From a virus (taxonomy: Duplodnaviria; Heunggongvirae; Uroviricota; Caudoviricetes), in the IMG/VR virus record IMGVR_UViG_2718218168_000001, positions 34,217-98,216 of that record: DNA of 64,000 nucleotides; one strand, 5' to 3'. The notes under the pieces are model-generated. The model was not told the origin of the DNA and did no database searches. It saw only the letters and a list, made by a program, of their open reading frames with translations. Below are positions 1 through 9,830 of this stretch, one piece after another. The translations under genes were made by a program, and so were the position numbers. The first letter of the stretch is position 1. The number at the start of each line of letters is the position of its first letter.

Positions 1-6
1 TGGCCA

Positions 7-1200
7 TTAATCATCATCCCCGTATAGCTTGCGGGTAACTTCTTCGTCTTCCTCCTCGTCTTCGTCCAGGTCTTGTTCCAGCCATGGGTCGTTTGATACA
101 CCTTCAGTATCAACATCTCCATAACCGCCTGTATCAACGATATCGGCGATTTCTTCCCTACGCTGCTCAATCCACAATGCGGCATCGGCGCGGCGGTTGG
201 CGGCCCGTTCTCGCGCAACTTTGTCCAGATCTTCAAGAGAAGGACCACCGACGGCAGTTTGCCTTTCCTCATCATCGGTATTGGTCTTAGGAGCACGCAG
301 ATCGGCTTTGATTTGCTCCAGCATCAGGGGCGGCACTTTCCCGCCATGCGCCTCGATAAATTCAGCTGCTTCCAGCACTGACCAGTTATTTTCACGCTTT
401 CGTTCGTATGCCAGCTTAACAATGCCAGCTTGCCCCATAGACAAAGCGTGCTTTTCCGCCTCCCGGCTTTCTTTTCGATAGTTATTCCGGATGCTGTAAA
501 TGGTGTTGATCAGACTGCTTATCTGCGCGGAACAGCTGTTTAGCATGCTCGCGATACGGTATTCAGGCGGAGTACCTTCATCATCGGCTTTTTGCTGATC
601 GCGCATTTCCTGCACCAGGCGAATACACGTATCCCTGGCGTTCTCCAGCATAAGGAGATGAGAAAGAGACTTTTCCAGAAGAGTGGTTTCCAGAACATCG
701 GCCCCGGACCGACGCAACATAGCGCGCGCGGCCTTCCGCGCTTCAACGTTATCTATCAGGTAATCGCCAGCTTCGAATTCAAAGCGTTCACCATCATCAT
801 CCAGGGTGTCGCGTTCCAGGCGATCACGCAAGGTCCGGTGGGCACGGGTGATCACGTCATGATCATCAGAACGATCATTTATGCGCTTATTTTGGCGCTT
901 CGCATTCTCGACTGCGACACTGACAATGGCATTAACCCTTTGTTTTTCTGCTATTTCAGCCGCAATGTGATCACCGGAATGTTGATCATTAGAGTGATCA
1001 ATGATCATGCTTTTTAGTGGCTTCCTGACTGGCTTATTTGGCTTGCGGCTGTCCGTAGTCCTGGTGTCTTCTTTGAAGGCACGGAGATAACGACGTGCGG
1101 TATTAGGGTTAAGATTAAACTCGGCGGCATACTGTGCGATGGTGTAACCACCATCTCGCGCCAGGCGAGCAAAATTCTTCTTGTGATCGTCCCAGGTCAC
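7..1200 (-). CDS. pacA: DNA packaging protein PacA (pac-site recognition subunit)
   Basis: 397-aa ORF; pac hexamer clusters lie inside the coding sequence as in P1; followed upstream by an lpa-like gene. Confidence 0.85.
   Translation of the reverse strand: MTWDDHKKNFARLARDGGYTIAQYAAEFNLNPNTARRYLRAFKEDTRTTDSRKPNKPVRKPLKSMIIDHSNDQHSGDHIAAEIAEKQRVNAIVSVAVENAKRQNKRINDRSDDHDVITRAHRTLRDRLERDTLDDDGERFEFEAGDYLIDNVEARKAARAMLRRSGADVLETTLLEKSLSHLLMLENARDTCIRLVQEMRDQQKADDEGTPPEYRIASMLNSCSAQISSLINTIYSIRNNYRKESREAEKHALSMGQAGIVKLAYERKRENNWSVLEAAEFIEAHGGKVPPLMLEQIKADLRAPKTNTDDEERQTAVGGPSLEDLDKVARERAANRRADAALWIEQRREEIADIVDTGGYGDVDTEGVSNDPWLEQDLDEDEEEDEEVTRKLYGDDD
822..1007. other. pac packaging site: two clusters of TGATCA hexamers carrying Dam GATC sites
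   Basis: TGATCA at 849-854 and 860-865, CGATCA at 872-877; about 90 bp further on TGATCA at 968-973, 983-988, 995-1000 and 1002-1007. Confidence 0.7.
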
Positions 1201-1285
1201 TTATGCTTCCTTTCGTAAAAACTCTTTTTGACGCGAGGGTAACGAAAGTCACATGTCAAAAGGCCCGGAACGGGCAAGCAATCAA

Positions 1286-1738
1286 TCAGATACGTGCGGA
1301 TGTGGCATTACCGTAATGACGGTGCTGACGGGCCACCTTATTGAAAAGTTGACGCGCCATTACCCAAGGCTGGTGCTCCCGGCGTTCCTTTTCGTCCTGC
1401 GTCATATAGAGTTCGTTCTGGAGTTTTTCATCAAACCGGCGCGGAGCGCGGCTACGGCGAAAGAATTCAGGATTCAGAGAGTGGATCTGAAATCTACGTG
1501 GGCGTGTACTGTCATCTATCAAAACAGACGAATACTTAGACACAGCGATAGCCTTTAAGCGCAGATAAACATCGCGCTTATCGACATCCAGATGCGGGTA
1601 TTCCTTTTCAAGAATTGCTGCGAGTTCTTTCGCTGATAGAAGAGATTTAGTGCGGATCATGTAATCCGCAATCTCGTACGATGTTATTCGTGAGTGATTT
1701 ATTTCCATGAAGTGGCGTCCCTGCCAGTTAAGTAACAT
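1286..1738 (-). CDS. lpa: late promoter activator Lpa-like protein
   Basis: 150-aa ORF directly upstream of and co-oriented with pacA; C1-operator-like site in its promoter region. Confidence 0.65.
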   Translation of the reverse strand: MLLNWQGRHFMEINHSRITSYEIADYMIRTKSLLSAKELAAILEKEYPHLDVDKRDVYLRLKAIAVSKYSSVLIDDSTRPRRFQIHSLNPEFFRRSRAPRRFDEKLQNELYMTQDEKERREHQPWVMARQLFNKVARQHRHYGNATSARI

Positions 1739-1808
1739 CCTGTCACCTACTGATTAGCCCATGTCAACTAATCAACGTGGAATATAATACCCTCGATTAA
1801 AGAAATAG

Positions 1809-1825
1809 CAATATATTAGAGCAAT
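1809..1825. promoter_or_regulatory. C1 repressor operator-like 17-mer (15/17 to AAATTTATTAGAGCAAT)
   Basis: caatatattagagcaat, about 70 bp upstream of the lpa start. Confidence 0.5.
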
Positions 1826-1826
1826 T

Positions 1827-2870
1827 TTATCTAACACTCGACGAATGACTTGTGATAACGCCCACTCCAAGCGCGTAATCAAAGAACAATCGTTGATGCA
1901 TCGCCAACCTACCGTGCGTCTTCTCCCAATTATCGCGGTCACGCTCAATATCACGCTGGCATGACTGGCACAGAGGAATTGCGTAAATGTCATGCGCGCA
2001 TAATCGACTATGACGAACGATATAAGGCGTAATGTGAGCGCCAGCTCCCGCAGCTCCACACCCACAGCATGGACGGGAAGCAACAAAGTCCATGTACTCA
2101 GGTAATTTTAGCGATTGCAGTTTTGGTATTTTGAAATGCGCCATGCCAGGGTCGGAGTCAACATCCACAGGGCATACTTTTGCACGCATCGGCGCGGCGC
2201 GTTCTTCCATCATCTGAACATATGCTGTAGCGCGATCGTCATACGGGCGAATATCCGCCTCTTTCAGAGGTCCGCTATCCTGCGGAGTAGCCTTCATCTT
2301 ATTTATTGATATGCGGCAGACTTCTTCCGGCATCAGGTGCATCATGTTGCGCATGAAAGCCCACCAGCACAGCTCCTGAATACTTAAATCATGGCTATTT
2401 GAAAGGCCCATTTCCTGACGGGCGACATCCAGTATCCAGTTAACGCGATTATTGTGCAGCGTTTCTTTCAGCTCATTAAAACCACGCATCCGATAATGGT
2501 TATCGTGATGCCAGCACAACAACACCGCGCTATTGTCTCGTTCAGCGTGGACAATATGATTGTCACACCAACTACGATCTGCGGCCTGGCATTGACCCTC
2601 TTTCCTACGCAACCACGCCACCAGCGCGTCAATTCCACCAATACGGCGAAACAGTTCATCGCTGTTAAAAAACGGCTGCAACGCCTCATTTGTTGCCATG
2701 GTTTGCTCGGTAACAACGAGGCCGTCTTCCATGTGCTCGATTAACTCACGCGGCACCGGCTCCATAATAAATTTACGGCCAGCCTCCACCAGCTTTCTGA
2801 CCTCCTGATCCACTTTGAACGTGGCGAGGCCAAGCTCTTTCTGTACAAAGGGAGTAATTACGGCTTTCAC
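1827..2870 (-). CDS. hypothetical protein with Cys-rich C-terminus
   Basis: 347-aa ORF; C-terminal CCGCG...C..H...C..C cluster suggests metal binding; true start may be internal. Confidence 0.5.
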   Translation of the reverse strand: MKAVITPFVQKELGLATFKVDQEVRKLVEAGRKFIMEPVPRELIEHMEDGLVVTEQTMATNEALQPFFNSDELFRRIGGIDALVAWLRRKEGQCQAADRSWCDNHIVHAERDNSAVLLCWHHDNHYRMRGFNELKETLHNNRVNWILDVARQEMGLSNSHDLSIQELCWWAFMRNMMHLMPEEVCRISINKMKATPQDSGPLKEADIRPYDDRATAYVQMMEERAAPMRAKVCPVDVDSDPGMAHFKIPKLQSLKLPEYMDFVASRPCCGCGAAGAGAHITPYIVRHSRLCAHDIYAIPLCQSCQRDIERDRDNWEKTHGRLAMHQRLFFDYALGVGVITSHSSSVR

Positions 2871-2897
2871 ATCACACCTTTAATCACTGATTGGGCT

Positions 2898-3077
2898 TTA
2901 TCTGCTGCCCGGCATTCTCTGTTTAAGCACAACCATTTCCTGACGGCATAACACAGCAATAGCGGTCCTGACTCCAATTTGCTTACCAACCAGGTATTGC
3001 TTTACCTTGCGGCGACTCACGCCATCAAGAAGCATCTTTAACGCTTCACGGGACAATTTGTTGTATTTGCGTGCCAT
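2898..3077 (-). CDS. small basic protein, possible DNA-binding
   Basis: about 59 aa from an internal Met (MARKYNKLSREALKMLL...); short and basic. Confidence 0.3.
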   Translation of the reverse strand: MARKYNKLSREALKMLLDGVSRRKVKQYLVGKQIGVRTAIAVLCRQEMVVLKQRMPGSR

Positions 3078-3081
3078 TAAT

Positions 3082-3462
3082 CTACTCCGCAGAACCATAC
3101 AATCTACGTAACGTGGCGGCGACAGAAGATACAGATATCTCGCCAGTCGCAGCCCCTACGGTAAGGTCTGCCAGTTCAGGTGAATCAAATACCTGCACCC
3201 CGTTACGGCGTAGAAATAACAGCGCACTGTTTAGCGCGGTACGCTTATTGGCATCATTGAATATATGCCCTCTCGCCGTAGCCACCAGGTAGGTGGCGGA
3301 GACTTCGAAAAGGTCGGTGATCTCTTCGTAGGCAACTCTGGCCTGAACTCTCCCGATAATGGCCTCTGCCCTACCCGGATCTGACATTCCCGGCAGGCCG
3401 CCGTAGCGGTTTATATTCGCATCATGAAGCGCAATAAGTTCTTCCGGTGATATATGCCTCAT
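3082..3462 (-). CDS. doc: Doc toxin (death on curing; Fic-fold kinase)
   Basis: 126 aa; sequence matches P1 Doc as recalled ([17 protein letters not shown]...[19 protein letters not shown]). Confidence 0.93.
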   Translation of the reverse strand: MRHISPEELIALHDANINRYGGLPGMSDPGRAEAIIGRVQARVAYEEITDLFEVSATYLVATARGHIFNDANKRTALNSALLFLRRNGVQVFDSPELADLTVGAATGEISVSSVAATLRRLYGSAE

Positions 3463-3683
3463 TATCGGTTAACCAGTTCCTTGTTGGTGGAGTCCAGGGT
3501 GTCAAACAGGGATGCAAATTCAGCATCCAGCGCCGCTTTTTTGTAGGTTTCAAAAGTAGCCTTGCTGACAATTACTGCTGGCTCACGGCCTCTGCGGGTG
3601 ATTTCAACCTCTTCCCCTGCTTCAACATTATTGAGCACTTCGCTAAGGTTGCCGCGCGCGGTACGGAAGTTAATGGATTGCAT
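3462..3683 (-). CDS. phd: Phd antitoxin
   Basis: about 73 aa from [45 protein letters not shown]...; its stop overlaps the doc start. Confidence 0.9.
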   Translation of the reverse strand: MQSINFRTARGNLSEVLNNVEAGEEVEITRRGREPAVIVSKATFETYKKAALDAEFASLFDTLDSTNKELVNR

Positions 3684-3827
3684 AAACACCTCGTGTACTC
3701 GTTATGTGTACACAATTATAAACTTCACAAGCATAAAGCACCAGCACTTTGCAGCTTAAATCACCGGACAATCGTCAAACTCCCCACTTCGGGCATCATT
3801 GATGAAATGATGTGGTCACACCAAACT

Positions 3828-4292
3828 TTAATCTTCAAGGTCTGCTTCTGATACCACTGTATAACCCAGAAATATTTTAATCTCATCCCACAATCCCATG
3901 ATCTTGCCTTCATACTCTGATGGTTCTCTTACAATTACTGAATCTGGGGGAGAGTGAGCCTCTAATTCAGTTATGATCTCATGGCAAAGATTATGTTTGT
4001 AATATTGTTTTAGTTTCTCTCGAATAGGTTTTGGCGCACTTTCAATAGTTTCTTTTGCGGCATTTAGTGAAAGAATTATATTACTTGCGTCATTAACATC
4101 CCAGTCTGATCCAGCTTTTCCTGTTGCTATTTTATTTGCCCTATCAGCAAAGTTTATCAATGCTTCACTATAAAATTTTTCCTTATCGAATAATCCAAGA
4201 TTTTTACTTGTGCGCAAACTAATAAAAGCAGCTATTGCTGACCCAAATGCCGCAATAGCTGATGCCCAATCGGGATTGATATGAAGAAACAT
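3828..4292 (-). CDS. hypothetical membrane-anchored protein (AT-rich cargo)
   Basis: 154 aa; N-terminal hydrophobic helix (WASAIAAFGSAIAAFISL); locally AT-rich. Confidence 0.5.
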   Translation of the reverse strand: MFLHINPDWASAIAAFGSAIAAFISLRTSKNLGLFDKEKFYSEALINFADRANKIATGKAGSDWDVNDASNIILSLNAAKETIESAPKPIREKLKQYYKHNLCHEIITELEAHSPPDSVIVREPSEYEGKIMGLWDEIKIFLGYTVVSEADLED

Positions 4293-4376
4293 GCTATCTC
4301 TACCTAATGCCAGATCTTTAACCTAGAAATATTGTATCAGTAGTTATGGCTTTGCCACCAGTAATGCGATTTTTTC

Positions 4377-5036
4377 CTAGTTGTCATTGCCCCCTACCAG
4401 CGGCAATAAAGCCCTGGCCATCTTATGAACCAATAGTGCATCAATAATGCCAAGCGTATGCCCCGGGTTAATGTTTAATGCCGCCTCAAGGTGACACCTT
4501 TCCAGGCCACTTTTCTCGGCTTGTTTATGATGGTCTGGCTTAATAACGTCGCCCAAAACACGGCTAATTCTTTCTCGTAATTGCTGGGTGCCAGCACACT
4601 TGATCGCTGTATCGTGGAGACGGTTAACCAGTTCGCGATAAACATGCGGCTTAATGCGGATACGTTCACCGGTGACGCCCTTTCCTGGCCCTGGCACCGA
4701 ACTATCCGGAATATCCGGATAGTTGCCAGCCTCGTAAGCTACCCGCAGCCAGTGCATGAATGTTTCAGTAGACACACAACCACAGTCCACATCGATTTTT
4801 CCGCGTTGCTGTTCCAGCCACTGCTCAAAGTTCAATCTACACGTATTACTTTCATGTTGCTCTTTTTGTCTTAAGGCCAGCACCTGTTGGGCCAGTTCCA
4901 GAACGATACCGGGTGACGCTAACCTCTCAAATTCCAATAAATAGTTTGCGTCAGGATGACAAGTAGCCTCGCCTGCAAAAAATACCAATTGCTGTAAGTA
5001 TGCTGTCGTTAGAGTAGTCATTTCTTTTTGCGCCAT
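4377..5036 (-). CDS. hypothetical protein
   Basis: 219-aa ORF; no motif recognised. Confidence 0.5.
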   Translation of the reverse strand: MAQKEMTTLTTAYLQQLVFFAGEATCHPDANYLLEFERLASPGIVLELAQQVLALRQKEQHESNTCRLNFEQWLEQQRGKIDVDCGCVSTETFMHWLRVAYEAGNYPDIPDSSVPGPGKGVTGERIRIKPHVYRELVNRLHDTAIKCAGTQQLRERISRVLGDVIKPDHHKQAEKSGLERCHLEAALNINPGHTLGIIDALLVHKMARALLPLVGGNDN

Positions 5037-5392
5037 TTCTTTTCACATTCCTTAGTCCATTTTTCAATGTTCATTTTGGCAATATCAGTCATTCCATCAC
5101 CTAAGAAATACTTTTTCCGGTACGTCTTGCACTTAAACCACACTACAACAGCCACCAGCCAGAAAATAAAAGGCCATACAGCAATACCAACTCCAGCCGC
5201 GATAAAGCCCAATAGCCATAAATGAAGCTCTCCAACTTCTGTTTGCGGCAATATTCTTAAAGAATTAAACAGCAGACTGAAGGAATGGTCGTATGCATTG
5301 GCGGTATAAGACATGCAATCCATATAATTAAAGTCATAGCCTGCGGCTGCCGCCCATAATGGGCGGTCAAGAAAATGTTTTAGTGTCATCAT
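5018..5392 (-). CDS. hypothetical membrane protein with Lys-rich tail
   Basis: 124 aa; hydrophobic segment LWLLGFIAAGVGIAVWPFIFWLVAVVVW, then KKWRKKK. Confidence 0.5.
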   Translation of the reverse strand: MMTLKHFLDRPLWAAAAGYDFNYMDCMSYTANAYDHSFSLLFNSLRILPQTEVGELHLWLLGFIAAGVGIAVWPFIFWLVAVVVWFKCKTYRKKYFLGDGMTDIAKMNIEKWTKECEKKWRKKK

Positions 5393-5398
5393 ATAAAT

Positions 5399-5779
5399 TT
5401 AAGGTTCAGACCAGTTATCTTCAATAGCAATGCTTAATCTTTGTAGCCATTCTGCTAATTTCAGCATTGCTTCTCTTTCGCTTAAACCACGAGGAAAATC
5501 ATCAAGCGAAATTGTTGGCTTGAAGCCCCCGTAATTATCCATTTCAACAGTCAGATTTTGCTCCAGCACGGTATTCCTTACGCGGCTATTGTGCCGAAGC
5601 AAATATACTGAACGTGATTTATTGGTTTTATGGTCAAACTGATATTCGGTAAGTATCATCTGGCTTTTGCCATGACTATTACCTCTCCACATACTTACCT
5701 CACTTAATAAAACAACTCCATACGTAGTTGATGATTTTTCCCCACGTAATATAAATATGCACTCCAGCAGAAAAACCAA
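5399..5779 (-). CDS. hypothetical protein
   Basis: ORF-track 126 aa; probable real start at internal Met (MWRGNSHGK..., about 97 aa); AT-rich. Confidence 0.45.
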   Translation of the reverse strand: MVFLLECIFILRGEKSSTTYGVVLLSEVSMWRGNSHGKSQMILTEYQFDHKTNKSRSVYLLRHNSRVRNTVLEQNLTVEMDNYGGFKPTISLDDFPRGLSEREAMLKLAEWLQRLSIAIEDNWSEP

Positions 5780-5870
5780 AACCTACAATTACTGAAAAAA
5801 TCAAAACATTTACTTTTGACATTATAAAATTTCTCTCGTTGCCGTAGGTGATAGCACCATAATTTCTAAT

Positions 5871-6122
5871 TTAGTGAGTTAGCAGTTCCATTTTTTCGAT
5901 GATTTCCGCATGAGCATCATCGTTGTCAACACTTAACTCGTTTAATGCCTCTCGCACTACATCAACTTCTTCTGGTTGGAAGAAGTCATCTCGGTAGTCA
6001 CCAAATAGAACCGAAACAAGCCTGCCACCAGCAACATCAAGATTGGCGCTAACAGGTGGCTCTTTACCATCCTCAAATTCGACTACAAAAGTTAATTTCC
6101 CCATCGTTACCACCAGCGACAA
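5871..6122 (-). CDS. hypothetical small protein
   Basis: 83-aa ORF, co-oriented with neighbours. Confidence 0.4.
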   Translation of the reverse strand: MSLVVTMGKLTFVVEFEDGKEPPVSANLDVAGGRLVSVLFGDYRDDFFQPEEVDVVREALNELSVDNDDAHAEIIEKMELLTH

Positions 6123-6186
6123 ATTGAATACAAACCCAGTGCTGCCGCCATCACAATTCCTACCGTTGCGAATGCTTCAGGCCAGC

Positions 6187-7029
6187 TCATTGACCTGCCT
6201 CCTGGGGAGGTTCTGGTAGCAGCATCCAGAACAAGGCGTTCCCTAACCACGATAAAGTGCCGTCGCTCAACTCCACGTATTCCCCTTGCACCTGTCCTGC
6301 CATATACTCACCGTGCTTTGAATAAATTAAAATCCAATCATCTTGAGCGGGCATTCGCTCACTACAGCTTATCCAACCATCCGGAGTTACCGGATAGTTG
6401 CCATTCACAAGGTCAGCTCGAACATATAGCGTGTCATCATGGTGCTGATTGTGGCTGCACCACGTTAATTCGCTTAACTCGCCATCTTCTGGCCATACTC
6501 CAGCTGTTTGCAGCCAGATATGGGCTGGCGCATCCTGGCAAGGTGTATTAACTGGAAACTTGTAAGTTTGGCTTACAGGTTGGCTACCCTGAAGCATGGC
6601 AGCGTGGCAGGCATACTCAACGCCCTTAACTGCATCTGCGCAGTAGTTATAGCGATTGCATTCCACTAATTTCCGTTTGAGTTTTTCAATTGCCTGCGCG
6701 ACATCAGCCTGTATTACAGGAACTGGCGGAGTGGTATATAGTTTTCGGCATTTGTTTATCCAACCGGCATGGTCAGGCGTGTCTGTAAAGCGCAAATCGT
6801 TTTCGTAGCCCTCACGACTACGTTCTTTCCATTCCGTCCACGGAACACCGCTATTCCAAGTGGGGCGAGTGCAGGACTGATACAGAACAGGTTCAGCTTC
6901 CAGCGCTGCCAGAGCAATCCGTGCCAGTTCTTCCGCTTCTTCTGCTGGCAGTACAACGTTGCTACCAGGTCCGTATGTTTCGCGCCACTGCTTGATTGTC
7001 AGCAGTCGCTCTTTGGTAATAGTGGTCAT
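6187..7029 (-). CDS. DUF551-like phage protein
   Basis: 280 aa; C-terminal WISCSERMPAQDDWILIY-type block typical of DUF551 prophage proteins. Confidence 0.6.
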   Translation of the reverse strand: MTTITKERLLTIKQWRETYGPGSNVVLPAEEAEELARIALAALEAEPVLYQSCTRPTWNSGVPWTEWKERSREGYENDLRFTDTPDHAGWINKCRKLYTTPPVPVIQADVAQAIEKLKRKLVECNRYNYCADAVKGVEYACHAAMLQGSQPVSQTYKFPVNTPCQDAPAHIWLQTAGVWPEDGELSELTWCSHNQHHDDTLYVRADLVNGNYPVTPDGWISCSERMPAQDDWILIYSKHGEYMAGQVQGEYVELSDGTLSWLGNALFWMLLPEPPQEAGQ

Positions 7030-7235
7030 TTGTTAATCCTCAAAACTTTATGCCCGGGCGCAAAAGCACGCGTTTTGTCTTTGCTTATTCGCCAGCCATC
7101 CTTGCGCGCCTCTTTTGCACAACCAGACCATGACGTACCGATATACTCACCGAAGTCTGGCACTGGATATACACCTTCCGTACACTGGCGGCAGTCACAA
7201 TAGAGATGCATGGTGTAACTTGCGGCAATAGCCAT
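7026..7235 (-). CDS. hypothetical Cys-rich small protein
   Basis: ORF 7026..7316; likely start at internal Met (MAIAASYTMHLYCDCRQC...). Confidence 0.35.
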   Translation of the reverse strand: MAIAASYTMHLYCDCRQCTEGVYPVPDFGEYIGTSWSGCAKEARKDGWRISKDKTRAFAPGHKVLRINK

Positions 7236-7236
7236 A

Positions 7237-7998
7237 TCACTCTCCTTTGATGCGAATGCCAGCGGCGCGTGGCACATTAACTTCCACGATGCGCACAGTT
7301 GGTTTGTACATCTCAATCGCTGTCAGCCAGTCAGCGCCGGTCATATGCTTTTCTGCATCGCCATTAGTCCATTGAACCGGCACACCAATAGCTTTCATCG
7401 CAATTTCTATTTCCCCGGCAATGGCGCTTTTCCCGCAACCAGTAAAACCAGAGACAACGACAAGAACTTCGCCTTTGGCTGGTTTTATTTCCCGTGCTTC
7501 CAGTTCTGCAATGCGCTTCTCTGCGGCTTCCAGCTTCTCGCGCATATCGTCAACGTACTCGACCAGAGATCCGCCAGCAGGAATTTCGCACTCCTCGACC
7601 AGTTGGAAGTAGATATCAGCTGCGGCCCGTGTGTTGCTATGCCTGGCGTCGCCTATCTCACCTTCGCGAAGAGCATCGCGTTCGGCGGTAAGATTGGCTA
7701 TTTTGCTGTCTTTGCCTTCCAGCTCAACGCGCAGCCTCCCAACCGTAAGCGCAATATCCTCGTTCTCCTGGTCGCGGCGTTTGATGTATTGCTGGTTTCT
7801 TTCCCGTTCATCCAACAATGCCAGCGCGATATCTGGCGAAAAGTGCTTCATAAAATCGTTAAGCGCATTAATTCGCTGATCGAAAGGCATTACAGGTGCT
7901 TCACCGGCAATTTTTGTTTTTTCAGCGATTTCACGAAGCTTTTGATAATCAATCTGGCTCACTGGTTGCCTCCTTTGCGGAGTTGCGCTTCGATGCAT
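7237..7998 (-). CDS. Ea22-like protein: coiled coil plus P-loop
   Basis: 253 aa; coiled-coil N-terminus and Walker-A-like GFTGCGKS; resembles enterobacterial prophage ead/Ea22 proteins. Confidence 0.6.
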   Translation of the reverse strand: MHRSATPQRRQPVSQIDYQKLREIAEKTKIAGEAPVMPFDQRINALNDFMKHFSPDIALALLDERERNQQYIKRRDQENEDIALTVGRLRVELEGKDSKIANLTAERDALREGEIGDARHSNTRAAADIYFQLVEECEIPAGGSLVEYVDDMREKLEAAEKRIAELEAREIKPAKGEVLVVVSGFTGCGKSAIAGEIEIAMKAIGVPVQWTNGDAEKHMTGADWLTAIEMYKPTVRIVEVNVPRAAGIRIKGE

Positions 7999-8198
7999 GA
8001 AAAAAAAGACTCCCGAGTGTGACAGTTAAGAGCTGGTGCGAACGCCGCGTTAAGAACGGCGGCATCACAGCCGTCATCAATATAGAGCGCAATTTTTTTC
8101 TCCAGGCGCGCTTTGGCTTCCTGCAACTGCATACCCCGGCACGCACGCGGGATATAATCAGCAATTTGAGCGATAGCTTTTTCGTTCTGTTTAAACAT
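7959..8198 (-). CDS. hypothetical small protein
   Basis: 79-aa ORF in operon context. Confidence 0.35.
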   Translation of the reverse strand: MFKQNEKAIAQIADYIPRACRGMQLQEAKARLEKKIALYIDDGCDAAVLNAAFAPALNCHTRESFFSCIEAQLRKGGNQ

Positions 8199-8394
8199 GC
8201 TTCACCTCGATAGGCTTGATGGTGTCTAACAGCAGTCGGCGGCGCGTATTTTCTGCAAAATGGCGGCGTCCGGTATCTTTGTGGTAAAACTCATTTTTGC
8301 CGACGACCCACATCCGCTCTGTTTGGTGCAGTTTTTTTACCTGCGGACCGTCTTTGGTGATCACGGTGCCGGTATGGGTTTTTACGATTGTCAT
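8191..8394 (-). CDS. hypothetical small protein
   Basis: 67-aa ORF, co-oriented. Confidence 0.4.
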   Translation of the reverse strand: MTIVKTHTGTVITKDGPQVKKLHQTERMWVVGKNEFYHKDTGRRHFAENTRRRLLLDTIKPIEVKHV

Positions 8395-8477
8395 GCCACT
8401 ACCTCTTCGAACAGATGAACGAGACAGGCCGATGCTCGTCCACCTGAAAAACTGACGATTTGATGCATACTCACGGT

Positions 8478-9056
8478 TTATTCCTGAATGCGCTTAAACT
8501 CGATTACCCATACCCACGGGTTAGATAGCCAGTTATCCTGCCCGTAAATACTGCGCCAGATATCACCAAAACCAACGCGATAAACAGCTTCCGGCGGCGT
8601 AATTTTGTACATCGCCGGAGATGCGCCTTCTGCTTTAGCATCTGCCTCGCTCATATCACGCAGCCGTTCCACACGCACGTCGGTAATTTCCAGAAGAATG
8701 CGCGATGCCCAGCGCGGCATGTGAATTGATGGCGTCCACTTTTCTGATACTGGTTTATTACAAACCTCGACCGGAACCCGGTGCGTTTGTTCTGTCCAGG
8801 AGTTACGCACGCTTGCGCGATAAACCAGCGTTGCGACGTCCGTCGCTTTGCCATGTACCCGGTAGGTTTCGCGAACCCAAATACGATCGCCCGGTTGACC
8901 ATATGGACAATGCTTAGCAAGCAACTCTGCGGCCACTGCCCGTCCATAGAATTTTTCTTCAACAATCCTGCGAGTCTGTGTTTTATTCCCGCCAAGAATT
9001 GCCCGGACCATCTCATCGTTGAAAATCATGCCGCGCTCTTTCACTTCGCCTTTCAT
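8478..9056 (-). CDS. hypothetical protein, possibly PUA/ASCH-like
   Basis: 192 aa; N-terminal MIFNDEMVRAILGGNKTQTRR motif; RBS taagggggatgcATG. Confidence 0.55.
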   Translation of the reverse strand: MKGEVKERGMIFNDEMVRAILGGNKTQTRRIVEEKFYGRAVAAELLAKHCPYGQPGDRIWVRETYRVHGKATDVATLVYRASVRNSWTEQTHRVPVEVCNKPVSEKWTPSIHMPRWASRILLEITDVRVERLRDMSEADAKAEGASPAMYKITPPEAVYRVGFGDIWRSIYGQDNWLSNPWVWVIEFKRIQE

Positions 9057-9063
9057 GCATCCC

Positions 9064-9153
9064 CCTTACCCATGCGCGACGATGCCGCCAAAAGTGATAG
9101 AGAACAGCCAGAAATAGATCGCGGCCATAATGATTTTGAATGCCGTGTTCATA
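9064..9153 (-). CDS. small hydrophobic peptide (29 aa)
   Basis: MNTAFKIIMAAIYFWLFSITFGGIVAHG; RBS caggagctgaaaatATG; not in the ORF track (under 60 aa). Confidence 0.3.
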
Positions 9154-9234
9154 TTTTCAGCTCCTGTGATTGATTGGATACATGCCGCGCCTTGCGGCAT
9201 GTTTTTATTTTCACTTTCCCTGTTTTAAAAATCA

Positions 9235-9251
9235 AGATTTATTAGAGCAAC
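9235..9251. promoter_or_regulatory. C1 operator-like 17-mer (15/17)
   Basis: agatttattagagcaac upstream of the minus-strand genes at 8478-9153. Confidence 0.5.
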
Positions 9252-9757
9252 TATTGTTGATGAAGAAGCGCATTTTCATACTCCCTGACCATTAACGTAA
9301 GCACGCCGTGCCTCCTGAAAACACGCGCCACTTCAATCTTATCTTCCAGCGCGAACGCGATTTTACTTAGACCAATTTTCTTAAGGAGATCAATCTTTGC
9401 TGGGCCGTCATTTCTGTCATCGGTGGCAGGACGCATAGATAGCAAAGGCTCAGCCCCGTTTGTTACGTACTTCCGCAGCCAGACTCGTGTTTTATCCCTT
9501 GCGATCTCACAGCGCCCGGTTACAAACCAGACCGTGTAAACGTTAAATAACTGGCGCACCATATCAATAACTGGAGTGATGGGAGTATCGGTGTCACAGG
9601 CGAGATTAAACTCGTTCCAGTCCTTTGTTAATGCACCTTTACCTAGTGGCGGAAGCAAATGCAGTCTGTCTTCAGTTGCCTCTGATATTGTTCCATCAAT
9701 ATCGACTATGACGATATACGGACGTTCCTGGTGTGCGTGTTTATTGAAAATACTCAA
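9251..9757 (-). CDS. HAD-superfamily phosphatase-like protein
   Basis: 168 aa; HAD motif I IVIVDIDGTI near the N-terminus. Confidence 0.6.
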   Translation of the reverse strand: MSIFNKHAHQERPYIVIVDIDGTISEATEDRLHLLPPLGKGALTKDWNEFNLACDTDTPITPVIDMVRQLFNVYTVWFVTGRCEIARDKTRVWLRKYVTNGAEPLLSMRPATDDRNDGPAKIDLLKKIGLSKIAFALEDKIEVARVFRRHGVLTLMVREYENALLHQQ

Positions 9758-9830
9758 ATGCCCTCCTCATTGGACGAAAAAAAATGCTGGTAGGCGCACT
9801 CCACCAGCATTAAAAGTGACACTGTAACTA

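Noticed and set aside
592-1017. 141-aa plus-strand ORF inside pacA
   Set aside because: Antisense to the well-supported pacA gene; no RBS; spans the pac hexamer region.
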